DNA from: Candidatus Hydrogenedentota bacterium
Lineage (GTDB): Bacteria; Hydrogenedentota; Hydrogenedentia; Hydrogenedentales; SLHB01
Direction of reading: 5' to 3'
DNA: 64,000 nt
NCBI GenBank assembly: GCA_963674865.2
Contig: CAXXYE010000001.1
Location: 352,001-416,000, forward strand
Part shown: positions 1 through 8,621 of the stretch, piece after piece
Numbering within the stretch: the first letter of the stretch is position 1
Layout of the letters: every line of letters begins with the position of its first letter
Program-made: the position numbers and the translations under genes
Notes under the pieces: model-generated
The model's input: the letters and a program-made list of their open reading frames with translations, nothing else
Told to the model about the DNA's origin: nothing
Database searches by the model: none

Positions 1-1
1 C

Positions 2-424
2 AATGCATGGGGGCTGACGAAACTCGGGGCCAGTGTCGTGCTATGCGGGCCAAGGACGCTGCTGCCGCCAAATATCGACGGCATGGGCGTCGATGTCACG
101 TCGAATTTGGCCGAGGCCATTCACGATGCCGATGTCGTTTACGCCCTGCGAATCCAACTGGAGCGCCAGAGCCGCTGTCTATTTCCGAGCATTCGGGAGT
201 ACATCCGGCTATTCCGCGTCGATGCCGACTCCCTGAAGGCGGCGCCGCCGCATGCCCTCATCATGCACCCGGGCCCTATCAACCGGGACATCGAGCTTGC
301 GGCGGAGGTGGCCGACGGGCCGCGCAGCGTGATCTTGCGCCAGGTGACGAACGGCGTGGCGGTGCGGATGGCGATCATGCACGTGCTGGTGAACCGGCCC
401 AAGCCGAATCGAGATGAGTCCTGA
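2..424 (+). CDS. pyrB: Aspartate carbamoyltransferase catalytic subunit, 5'-truncated by the window edge
   Basis: Frame is open from base 2 (NAWGLTKLGASVVLCGPRTL...). Contains ATCase motifs DADVVYALRIQLER, MHPGPINRDIE and QVTNGVAVRMA. Lies directly upstream of pyrC. Confidence 0.93.
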   Translation, partial: NAWGLTKLGASVVLCGPRTLLPPNIDGMGVDVTSNLAEAIHDADVVYALRIQLERQSRCLFPSIREYIRLFRVDADSLKAAPPHALIMHPGPINRDIELAAEVADGPRSVILRQVTNGVAVRMAIMHVLVNRPKPNRDES

Positions 425-440
425 GAGGAGGTGCGCGGGA

Positions 441-1709
441 ATGAGCTTGTGCATTGTGAACGGCCACCTGATAGGCCCCGTCTCGGGGATTTCCGCGTCG
501 ATGGACGTTCTTATCGAAGGTGACAAGATCGCGCGCATCGGCGCCGGCCTCAGCGGAGATGAAGTCATCGACGCCGCGGGTTGCGTCGTTTGCCCGGGCC
601 TGGTGGATCTGCACGTCCACTTCCGCGAGCCCGGCTTCGAATCGAAGGAAACCATCGCCACGGGTAGCCGCGCCGCCGCCCGCGGGGGCTTCACATCGGT
701 GGTGACGATGCCCAACACGGCCCCGCCCATCGACAATGCGGGCATGATCGAGTTCATCCTGCGCCGCGCGCGAGAGACGGCGTGCATCAAGATCTGGCCT
801 GCCGCCTGCGCCACCAAGCAGCGCGCCGGAGAAGAGATCACGGAGATGGGCGAACTCAAGGCCGTCGGCGCCGCCGCTGTCACGGATGATGGCGATGACA
901 TCGCCAGCGGCTGGGTGATGCGCCGGGTGCTGGAATACGCGGATATGTGCGGCCTCACCTACCTCGCCCACTGCGAGGACAAGTCGCTCATCGAAGACGG
1001 CGCTATGAACGAAGGCTACAACTCGACGCGCCTGGGCTTGCCCGGCATACCGAAGGCCGTCGAAGAGATGCGAATTGATCGGAACATCCGCCTGGCGCGG
1101 CTTGCGAATGCGAAGATCCATATCCAGCACGTGACCTCGGCGGGAGGGCTGGCCATCATCCGTGAGGCCAAAGAGGCGGGCCTTCGCGTCACGTGCGAGA
1201 CATGCCCGCACTACTGGACGCTGACGGATGAAGCCGTAACGACCTTTTCCACCAACGCCAAGATGAACCCGCCCTTGCGGGAGCCCGAAGACGTGGCCGC
1301 CATCAAGCAGGGGCTGGCCGACGGCACCATCGACTGCGTCGCTACGGACCACGCCCCGCACACGTTCACCGAGAAGGACGTGGAATTCCAACTCGCCCCC
1401 TTCGGCGTGGTGGGCCTCGAGACGGCGCTCGCGCTTGTCATCACCGAACTTGTTGAGCCTGGCCTGATCTCACTCGAACGGGCCGTCGAGCTGATGACGA
1501 GCGCGCCGGCCAACATCCTCGGTTTGCCCGTGGGGCAATTGGCCGAAGGCGGCCCGGCCGACGTGCTTATCTTCGATCCGAAGGCGGAGTGGACGGTTGA
1601 GCCGCATGAGTTCGCATCGCAGGGCCGAAACACGCCCTTTGCGGGCCGCACCCTCCGTGGGCTCGTGAAGACTACGATCTGCGACGGCCAGGTTGTCTAC
1701 CCCTGGTAG
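441..1709 (+). CDS. pyrC: Dihydroorotase (type I)
   Basis: Motifs PGLVDLHVHFREPG, MPNT, ETCPHY, KMNPPLR and ATDHAPH. RBS GAGGAGG precedes ATG 441. Confidence 0.95.
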   Translation: MSLCIVNGHLIGPVSGISASMDVLIEGDKIARIGAGLSGDEVIDAAGCVVCPGLVDLHVHFREPGFESKETIATGSRAAARGGFTSVVTMPNTAPPIDNAGMIEFILRRARETACIKIWPAACATKQRAGEEITEMGELKAVGAAAVTDDGDDIASGWVMRRVLEYADMCGLTYLAHCEDKSLIEDGAMNEGYNSTRLGLPGIPKAVEEMRIDRNIRLARLANAKIHIQHVTSAGGLAIIREAKEAGLRVTCETCPHYWTLTDEAVTTFSTNAKMNPPLREPEDVAAIKQGLADGTIDCVATDHAPHTFTEKDVEFQLAPFGVVGLETALALVITELVEPGLISLERAVELMTSAPANILGLPVGQLAEGGPADVLIFDPKAEWTVEPHEFASQGRNTPFAGRTLRGLVKTTICDGQVVYPW

Positions 1710-1816
1710 ACGTAAGTCTCACGTTGTTTTGTAACGCAGCAAGCCCGGTTTCATTGGCCTGCGCGAGCGAGGTGAGGACTTGCGGCTCTCTTCTGAGCAT
1801 GTGAATGAATGCGGGA

Positions 1817-1873
1817 GGAAAAGGGGACATGTTCCAAGCATCGTCCCCCAGCGCGACTACATGGCCCCTTTCC
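1817..1873. repeat. REP-like imperfect palindrome (GGAAAAGGGGACATGT ... ACATGGCCCCTTTCC)
   Basis: Arms read directly from the sequence. Loosely resembles the GGGAC.../...GTCCC family elsewhere in the window. Confidence 0.45.
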
Positions 1874-1945
1874 GCGCACGGAACGCTAGTGTCCTGACTC
1901 ATAACTGACGTTGCTTATCTGCAGATGAAAAGGCGCCAAGAAAAA

Positions 1946-2163
1946 GCGAAAAACCGGGACTGACACAAGCGGAGCAAAGCGAAGACGTGTCTGTGGGGCT
2001 GTTGAAAATGTCGCATTCGCTCCAGAGGTTAAGCGAAAGACCGGGACTGTCCCAAGCGGAGTCCGCCATGGGCGGACGCAGACGGGACTGTCCCAGGTCC
2101 CTTCGCGGCCTGCGTGAAGCAACTCCGGATTCTTTCAACGGCTCCTCTGTCCCTGCTTTTCGC
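1946..2163. repeat. REP-like palindrome with RAYT-type ends (type A), interrupted by a MITE
   Basis: Removing 1995-2150 restores GGGACTGACACAAGCGGAGCAAAGCGAAGACGTGTCTGTCCCTGCTTTTCGCG, which matches the intact copies at 16676-16730 and 44636-44693. Confidence 0.8.
1995..2145. mobile_element. 151-bp MITE with GGGGCTGTTGAAA...TTTCAACGGCTCC termini and a TCTGT target duplication
   Basis: 13-bp imperfect TIR (11/13 match). TCTGT direct repeat at 1990-1994 and 2146-2150. A partial second copy lies inverted at 44441-44546. Confidence 0.75.
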
Positions 2164-2242
2164 GGCAAGAATAAGACGCCATCAGCGTGAGTCACACCAC
2201 TAGGCCATCGTCCCGAATGCAGTGAATTGCCGTCTGCGTCTG

Positions 2243-2485
2243 TTAAGTTAGAGCGCCCGCGACGGCCGCGTACAGCGTGTCGGGGGCGAGGTCGGCCCCG
2301 TTTGGCCAACACACCGCACCGAACTCGTCAATCGCCACCTGCTGGAATGCTTCGGGATCCTTGAGCGGCTCGAACATGGGGCCAAACAGACGTTTTGTGA
2401 GATCCACTTCTCCCTGTACGCCGTCGGCAAACGCCACCCGTAGACGATAACCGGCAAGTGGTTCAACGGAAACAAGCCGCCACAT
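2243..2485 (-). CDS. DUF2442 family protein (putative antitoxin)
   Basis: Pattern YRLRVAFADG...LKDPEAFQQVAIDEFGAVCWPNGADLAPDTLY. Paired with DUF4160. Confidence 0.85.
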   Translation of the reverse strand: MWRLVSVEPLAGYRLRVAFADGVQGEVDLTKRLFGPMFEPLKDPEAFQQVAIDEFGAVCWPNGADLAPDTLYAAVAGALT

Positions 2486-2508
2486 GATCTGATCCTCCCT
2501 TATGTCCC

Positions 2509-2769
2509 CTAGACAAGAGGCTTGATCGCCTTGAGGGGCATGTGTTGCTCAGTGCGGTGCCAGTCCTCGTCCAGTTCAGTTCGGTGCTCCACGGCCCACT
2601 CCAATACCAATGCCAGTGCGCGCCGCGGCAAACGGCCCTCCATCACGGCCAGAGTCTCAATGGCGATTGACGCTTCATCGTCTCCGTAATACGCATGAAA
2701 GTGCGGCGGGCCATGATCGTCGTAGTACATCCGGATGGCTATGCCGAAAAACACGCTTATGGTGGGCAT
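2509..2769 (-). CDS. DUF4160 family protein (putative toxin)
   Basis: Pattern MPTISVFFGIAIRMYYDDHGPPHFHAYYG...VLEWAVEHRTELDEDW. Confidence 0.88.
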   Translation of the reverse strand: MPTISVFFGIAIRMYYDDHGPPHFHAYYGDDEASIAIETLAVMEGRLPRRALALVLEWAVEHRTELDEDWHRTEQHMPLKAIKPLV

Positions 2770-2846
2770 TGTCCATGGCCTCCAGTAGGCTAGGCCTTCT
2801 CACGAAGTGCTTCACTCTCTCATTCTAGCGTAAGGTAGCGGGCTGC

Positions 2847-3869
2847 TCAAAGGATCAGCATCGCGTCGCCGTAGGAATAGAAGCGGAAGCGCTCCTGGAC
2901 GGCGAAGCGGTAGGCGTTCATGATCAAGTCCGTCCCGCCGAACGCGCATACCAGCGCCAGCAGACTCGAACGCGGCAGGTGGAAATTCGTGAGGAGTGCG
3001 TCGACTGCCTGGAACTCGTAGGGGGGGTAGATGTAGCAGTTCGTAATTCCCTGTCCGCTCTGGAAAGCACCCCCCTGGAACTGCGTTTCGAGGACACGGG
3101 TAGAGGTGGTTCCGACGGCAATGATGCGTCCGTCACTGGCGCGCGTTTCATTGAGCAGGGACGCCGCGGCGGGGGAGACCTCAAAATCCTCGGCGTCTAG
3201 TTGATGCTCCTCCAGGCGTTCGGCCTGGATGGGCCTGAAGGTGCCGTAGCCCACGTGCAGGGTGAGCGTTGTTCGCCGAATGCCCGCGTGCTCCAAGCTC
3301 GCGAATACCTCGTCCGTGAAATGGAGCCCCGCGGTGGGGGCGGCGACGGCTCCGGGTGTGCGGGCGTACACCGTCTGGTACCGCTCGGCGTCGTATTCAT
3401 CCGGCCTCTCGCGCCGGATGTAGGGGGGAAGGGGAACTTCGCCCGCCTGTTCGAGCACATCAAGCACATCGGCGCGATCAAAGGCGACGCGCCTGCGCCC
3501 GTTGGGCAACACTTCTCCCACCGTAGCGGCCAAGTCGCACGGGAGCAGGACGGAGGCCCCCGGCTTCACCCGCGCGGACGGATTGACGAGAGCCTCCCAC
3601 GTCTCCGGCCCGTCCTGATGAAGCAAGAAGATCTCAACCCTTCCCCCTGTGGCCTTGCGCCCGCGAAGGCGAGCCCGGATGACGCGCGTATCGTTGAGTA
3701 CGAGACAATCGCCGCGACGCAGCCATCGCGCAACATCGCGGAACACCTCCACGTGCCGCGCTCCGGTGGCCCGGTCGAGCACCAGCAACCTTGACACGTC
3801 GCGCGTCTCGGCGGGACGCTGGGCGATAAGTTCCGCGGGCAGCTCGTAATGCAGTTCAGATGTCTTCAT
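2847..3869 (-). CDS. queA: S-adenosylmethionine:tRNA ribosyltransferase-isomerase
   Basis: Motifs ELIAQRP, LVLNDTRVIRAR, GEVPLPPYI, YQTVYA, AAPTAGLHF, TNFHLPRSSL and YRFYSYGDAM-like. Confidence 0.97.
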   Translation of the reverse strand: MKTSELHYELPAELIAQRPAETRDVSRLLVLDRATGARHVEVFRDVARWLRRGDCLVLNDTRVIRARLRGRKATGGRVEIFLLHQDGPETWEALVNPSARVKPGASVLLPCDLAATVGEVLPNGRRRVAFDRADVLDVLEQAGEVPLPPYIRRERPDEYDAERYQTVYARTPGAVAAPTAGLHFTDEVFASLEHAGIRRTTLTLHVGYGTFRPIQAERLEEHQLDAEDFEVSPAAASLLNETRASDGRIIAVGTTSTRVLETQFQGGAFQSGQGITNCYIYPPYEFQAVDALLTNFHLPRSSLLALVCAFGGTDLIMNAYRFAVQERFRFYSYGDAMLIL

Positions 3870-3939
3870 TGGGATGGCGTGCGCCTTCTTGTGGGCGGGC
3901 GACTGCCGCCCCGGGTAGGGGACGCCGCTCCATCGCGCG

Positions 3940-4674
3940 TCAAAAGGCGTCGCTGGGCCGGCTCATCGGGGCCCACGTGAAAAGGACGGCTGGCTGGACG
4001 TACTTGCGAATGACCAACTCGTCGCCCTGATCCAAGTTGAAGTAATCGGGGCAGTTGTCGAACGCCAGCACGGCCGGCCCCCGCGTGATCCGCGCCCGAA
4101 CGGTGATGTGGTCGGGGATCACGTGATGATTCGTGTGCTGCGCGGTGTATTTGAAGGCGATTCCCATGCCCTCAAAGAAGACGCCCCGCGTGATCTGGTT
4201 GTAATAGGCCGTGCTGCCGAAGGGCGTACAGACGACAAACCCATCGCCGATGATCTCGGCGCCGTCCTCGTATGGCTCGTCGTCAAGCCACAGCATGAAG
4301 CGGACGGCGGCGTTGATGCGGCCGTTATGGAGATTGAATTCATTCATGGCCGTCAGATAGCACATCGCCTCATCGTGCCCGCTCTGATACACCGCGCATT
4401 CGAGCTTCCCGTACTCGGTGCGGCAAAGCTCATCGTGGGCGAGCCGGGCGATTACGGCCTCGGGGGGATGGGGGATACACCGCTCGCCTCGGCGGCTGTT
4501 CTTTATCGGCACCTTGGGTATGCCCGGCCAGCGCAGTTCAGCCGACAGGAGCGTCCCGTCGCCGCCATAGCAGACGATGACGTCCGGGCGCGACTGCACC
4601 AGCGTCAACTCCGGGTGTTTTTCGATCTCGGGACGAAGGTCGTCGGCTTGCGCCCCGAATAGCAGTGTCTTCAT
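3940..4674 (-). CDS. nadK: NAD(+) kinase family protein
   Basis: GGDGTLL motif, NE motif (AMNE) and GDGFVVCTPFGSTAY. Confidence 0.85.
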   Translation of the reverse strand: MKTLLFGAQADDLRPEIEKHPELTLVQSRPDVIVCYGGDGTLLSAELRWPGIPKVPIKNSRRGERCIPHPPEAVIARLAHDELCRTEYGKLECAVYQSGHDEAMCYLTAMNEFNLHNGRINAAVRFMLWLDDEPYEDGAEIIGDGFVVCTPFGSTAYYNQITRGVFFEGMGIAFKYTAQHTNHHVIPDHITVRARITRGPAVLAFDNCPDYFNLDQGDELVIRKYVQPAVLFTWAPMSRPSDAF

Positions 4675-4774
4675 GTGGATAAGTGTACACGCTTCCCGGT
4701 TGGATTGAAACCCCTGCGCAGGCCGGAGGTTACGGGATTCGAGCCGGAGAACGACGCATGAGAGCCGCTAGCCT

Positions 4775-5431
4775 AACGTTGGGAGACCCCCCGGCTGTGC
4801 CGGGGAGGCAGCCGAAGTTTGACAGTTCCAGGAGTCCATCGACGAAACTCCTAGGCGTGAGCCGCTCAAGCACACGCAAAGGAGTTCATCGATGGACGAT
4901 TACCAGAGTCTAAGTCACACGAAATGGGAGTGCAAATACCATGTGGTGTTTATCCCGAAAGGCCGGCGGAAGACGCTGTATAAGGCGCTGCGGGAGCACC
5001 TGGGTGAGGTGTTTCGGGAACTTGCGTTGAGAAAGGAGAGCCGGGTTGAGGAAGGTCACCTGATGCCCGACCATGTGCACATGATGCTGACGATTCCCCC
5101 GAAGTACGCCGTATCGCAGGTGGTGGGCTACCTCAAAGGGAAGAGCGCGATTCACATTGCTCGGGTCTATAGTGAGCGCAAGCGCAACTTCGTGGGGCAG
5201 CACTTCTGGGCACGGGGCTACTTCGTTTCTACCTTGGGCCGAGACGAGGAGGTGATACGGGACTACATCAGGCGGCAGGAGCAGGAAGACCGCCGCCTGG
5301 ACCAGATGGATATGCTACGCTGACAGCCACCCGATAAGGGTGGCCCCAACGCGCGAGCGCGCTAGCGCCCAGCGCAGCCGCTTTGAGCGGCTCACACGGT
5401 AAAGCCCCCGGCTCTGCCGGGGGATACTTAC
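4775..5431 (+). mobile_element. IS200-type insertion sequence (tnpA only); ends approximate
   Basis: Subterminal hairpins CCCCGGCTGTGCCGGGG (about 4789-4805) and CCCCCGGCTCTGCCGGGGG (5405-5423) flank a Y1 transposase. No tnpB. Confidence 0.85.
4892..5323 (+). CDS. tnpA: IS200/IS605 family Y1 transposase
   Basis: CKYHVVFIPK, HUH motif DHVHM, KGKS, FWARGYFVST and catalytic Tyr in DYIRRQ. Confidence 0.96.
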   Translation: MDDYQSLSHTKWECKYHVVFIPKGRRKTLYKALREHLGEVFRELALRKESRVEEGHLMPDHVHMMLTIPPKYAVSQVVGYLKGKSAIHIARVYSERKRNFVGQHFWARGYFVSTLGRDEEVIRDYIRRQEQEDRRLDQMDMLR

Positions 5432-5438
5432 ATGAGAT

Positions 5439-5801
5439 TCATTCTTCAGCGGAAGCGTCGGCGAGATCGTGTTCGACAAACGCCTTGACGGCCTCATGAT
5501 CTTCATCGCTCATCTTCGTATAGAGGATGGCGACCTTGAAGTGATCATCGCCCTTTTCGTGAGGCTCACACCGGACAACGATCCCTTCGCACTCGACGCG
5601 TCTCCCGCTGGGCGGGGGAAGTTCCAGGGCAATGCTCATTTTCGTCATGAGGGGAATAGGTTTTACCGTATGGCACAAAACGCCGTTGGCGCTGATATTG
5701 TCCACATGGTTAAGAACACCCGGGGCGGAATCGTCTGTAATAACGGGAAAACCCCGCCGACTTCGCGGATACCGCCGGCGCTCTTCGCCGGAGTGCTGCA
5801 T
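5439..5801 (-). CDS. Single-domain PilZ protein (c-di-GMP receptor)
   Basis: RxxxR (ERRRYPR) and D/NxSxxG (DNISANG) motifs. Start chosen at ATG 5801 behind an AGGACAGGGA RBS-like sequence. Confidence 0.8.
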   Translation of the reverse strand: MQHSGEERRRYPRSRRGFPVITDDSAPGVLNHVDNISANGVLCHTVKPIPLMTKMSIALELPPPSGRRVECEGIVVRCEPHEKGDDHFKVAILYTKMSDEDHEAVKAFVEHDLADASAEE

Positions 5802-6109
5802 TTCCCTGTCCTCCTCGCGCATTGCCCACCGCCACGCCCCCAAGGGACGGTAACTATGGTATCCCACACCCCGCCGTGAATGCAATCGTTCCGCATCCGA
5901 GGAATGGGCACGTAACCACACTCTTGCGGTTCTTGGTGCGCCTGTGCGCGTGATGCCTTGTCCATTCGCCAGATTGCCGTGTTCTAGCGCTCGTGACGCA
6001 CTCGGCTTGCCCTGCCTCCTTTGATCCGGCCAAGCCATTCCCTTTACAGTGTGCCTGAAGAAGGCAAAGACCTGATGGCGGTGAAGAGACATTCGAGGGC
6101 GAGAGGGGC

Positions 6110-6862
6110 ATGTTCAAAGACAAGAAGCTCATCGTGGTCATGCCGGCGTACAATGCGGCCCAGACGTTGCGCCAAACCCATGAAGAAGTCCTGGCGCAAG
6201 GCATCGTGGATCACATTATCGTTGTCGACGACGCTAGCGTCGACGAAACTACCGCTATTGCCCGGAGTCTGCCGAAGACTACCGTCTTCACCCATGAGCG
6301 AAACCGAGGCTACGGCGGTAACCAGAAGACCTGCTACAAGCTCGCCCTCGCCATGGGCGGCGAGATCATCATCATGGTGCATCCCGACTATCAGTACACG
6401 CCGCAGCTCATCCCGGCCATGGCCTCGCTCATCGGCAATGGACTCTATCCCTGTGTGCTCGGCTCGCGGATTCTCGGGGGCCACGCGCTGCAAGGCGGCA
6501 TGCCCCTCTGGCGCTATGTATCGAATCGGTTCCTCACGCTCGCCGGCAATGTGCTGATGGGGGCCAAACTCTCCGAGTTTCACACCGGCTACCGGGCATT
6601 CTCACGCGATCTGCTCGACACCATCCCCTTTGAGGCGAATTCCGACGACTTCGTATTCGACAACCAGGTGCTGGCGGAGATTCTCTGGCAGGGGCGTATG
6701 ATAGGCGAAGTAAGTTGTCCCACGAAGTACTTCACGGAGGCCTCCTCCATCAATTTCCGGCGAAGTGTTCAATACGGCTTTGGCTGTCTGTGGACCGCCG
6801 CCGTGTATCGCCTCGCGAGAATGGGTTTGGCAAGATCCAGACTCTTCTCCAAGAGCGGATAA
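6110..6862 (+). CDS. GT2 glycosyltransferase (DPM/polyprenol-phosphate sugar synthase-like)
   Basis: VMPAYNA, VVDDASVD, NRGYGGNQK, HPDYQY and SEFHTGYRAFS. Confidence 0.9.
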   Translation: MFKDKKLIVVMPAYNAAQTLRQTHEEVLAQGIVDHIIVVDDASVDETTAIARSLPKTTVFTHERNRGYGGNQKTCYKLALAMGGEIIIMVHPDYQYTPQLIPAMASLIGNGLYPCVLGSRILGGHALQGGMPLWRYVSNRFLTLAGNVLMGAKLSEFHTGYRAFSRDLLDTIPFEANSDDFVFDNQVLAEILWQGRMIGEVSCPTKYFTEASSINFRRSVQYGFGCLWTAAVYRLARMGLARSRLFSKSG

Positions 6863-6872
6863 CTCTCTGAGC

Positions 6873-8615
6873 ATGCATGCCAACAGCGGCGCCTCGGGCA
6901 GCCCACGTCCCGCCTTCTGGGTGGCCCTGTTCCTTGTCCTTCTATGTTTGGGGGCCTTCTGGCCGGTATTCCGGTACGGCTTCATTGCCATCTATGACGA
7001 CGACCTCTACGTCACGGAGCGGCCGGAAGTTCAGGCCGGGCTCAGTCCCTCCGGTGTGGTTTGGGCCTTCACGACCACGGCGGCCTACAACTGGCACCCC
7101 TTGACGTGGCTCTCCCACATGCTGGACTGTGAGCTATACGGCCTGAACGCCGCCGGCCATCATACATCCAGTATCTTGATCCACGCGGCGAATGCAGTGC
7201 TGCTATTCCTTGTATTGGCGCGCATGACAAAGGCCGTCTGGCCGAGCGCGTGGGTGGCGGCACTATTTGCAGTCCATCCCCTGCACGTCGAATCCGTCGC
7301 ATGGATCGCCGAGCGCAAGGATGTCCTGAGCACCCTTTTTGCGCTCCTGGCGATGGCAGCCTACGCTCGGTACGCTGCCCGCCCCTCCATCCGGTGGTAC
7401 ATGGTTGTCGTTGCCGGTTTGGCGTTGAGCCTCATGGCGAAGGCTATGTTTGTGACGTTGCCCCTACTTCTACTGCTGCTGGATCTCTGGCCGCTGCGGA
7501 GGTTCACTTCTGACGGCGTTTCGGAGGGCAGTGCGCTTCGGCGGGCCGGACGTCTTGTGCTCGAGAAGGCGCCGCTCCTCGCGCTATCCGCACTCTCCTC
7601 GCTCGTGGCGGTGCTGACGCAGCGCCACGGGGGCGCGATGCAGACCCTTGAGCGGTTTCCACTTGGCGTGCGCCTGAGCAACGCGGCCGTCGCCTATGTC
7701 GCCTATATCGCCAAGACAATTTGGCCGGCGGGATTGGCCGTCTACTATCCCCATCCGCAAAACGCCCTTCCAATATGGCAAGTGGCTGGCTCGGCAGGCC
7801 TTCTCGCGCTGGTGACGATTGCGGCCCTGACGTGTATTCGGACGCGGCCGTACCTCCTTACTGGCTGGCTCTGGTACCTTCTCACGCTGGCGCCCGTGAT
7901 CGGCATCATTCAGGTTGGCCAACAGGCCATGGCTGATCGCTACACCTACTTTCCCATTGTGGGCCTTTTCATCGGCGTGGCCTGGGGACTGGCAGAGAGC
8001 GTGGGCCGCCGAAGCGTGGGCCGCCAAGCGTTAGCCTGCTGCGGCGTGGCTCTTATCGGTGTCTTGAGCCTCGCGACGGTTTTCCAGGTGCGCCATTGGC
8101 AGAATGGCAGGACGCTCTTCGAGCAAGCAATTCGCGTTAACACAGATAATTCACTGGCCCATCGCAATCTGGCCATGTGGTTTGCTCGCCGGGGGCTATA
8201 CGATGCCGCGGAGGGACACCTGGAGCAAGCGTTGGACATTGACCCCGCCTACGTGGATGCCCATAACGCCCTTGGCATGGTGTTTCTTACGCAGGATAAA
8301 CTCGAGCCTGCGGCGGAGCATTTCGAGCGGGCGATCACGCTGGATCCGCACTACGCCGCGGCCCACAACAATCTGGGCGTGTCCCTTGTGCGTCTGGGCC
8401 GAAATGAGCAAGCCGAGGAGCAATTTGCGGTTGCTCTAGCGCTCGATCCCGATAACGCAGAGATGCACGCCAACTTCGCGGAAGCCCTCCAGAGAGAGGG
8501 CCGGTGGGACGAGGCTGCGGCCCACTTTGGAAGGGCGCTGCAACTGCGGCCCGGCTTGGCCGCAGCCCAAGCGGGACTCGAAAGATGTCGTGCCGAAGGA
8601 AGTCAGAGTCAGTGA
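6873..8615 (+). CDS. TMTC-like GT-C membrane protein with C-terminal TPR repeats
   Basis: Luminal YDD motif, WHPLTWLS, HPLHVESVAWIAERKDVL and ADRYTY, followed by several TPRs (AHNALG, AHNNLG). Confidence 0.82.
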   Translation: MHANSGASGSPRPAFWVALFLVLLCLGAFWPVFRYGFIAIYDDDLYVTERPEVQAGLSPSGVVWAFTTTAAYNWHPLTWLSHMLDCELYGLNAAGHHTSSILIHAANAVLLFLVLARMTKAVWPSAWVAALFAVHPLHVESVAWIAERKDVLSTLFALLAMAAYARYAARPSIRWYMVVVAGLALSLMAKAMFVTLPLLLLLLDLWPLRRFTSDGVSEGSALRRAGRLVLEKAPLLALSALSSLVAVLTQRHGGAMQTLERFPLGVRLSNAAVAYVAYIAKTIWPAGLAVYYPHPQNALPIWQVAGSAGLLALVTIAALTCIRTRPYLLTGWLWYLLTLAPVIGIIQVGQQAMADRYTYFPIVGLFIGVAWGLAESVGRRSVGRQALACCGVALIGVLSLATVFQVRHWQNGRTLFEQAIRVNTDNSLAHRNLAMWFARRGLYDAAEGHLEQALDIDPAYVDAHNALGMVFLTQDKLEPAAEHFERAITLDPHYAAAHNNLGVSLVRLGRNEQAEEQFAVALALDPDNAEMHANFAEALQREGRWDEAAAHFGRALQLRPGLAAAQAGLERCRAEGSQSQ

Positions 8616-8621
8616 GAAAGC

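Noticed and set aside
1886..2312. Short ORFs with similarity to ORFs at 43923-44720 and to the N-terminal extensions of yjbQ and URO-D
   Set aside because: The similarity comes from translated REP/MITE repeats, not from real proteins.
4690..4711. ...GGTTGGATTGAAAC resembles a CRISPR repeat 3' end
   Set aside because: Single occurrence, no spacer periodicity and no cas genes in the window.
4724..4746. Minus-strand GGCTCGAATCCCGTAACCTCC resembles a tRNA T-arm and acceptor 3' half
   Set aside because: Lacks TTC and CCA, no cloverleaf 5' half is visible, and there is no integrase nearby.
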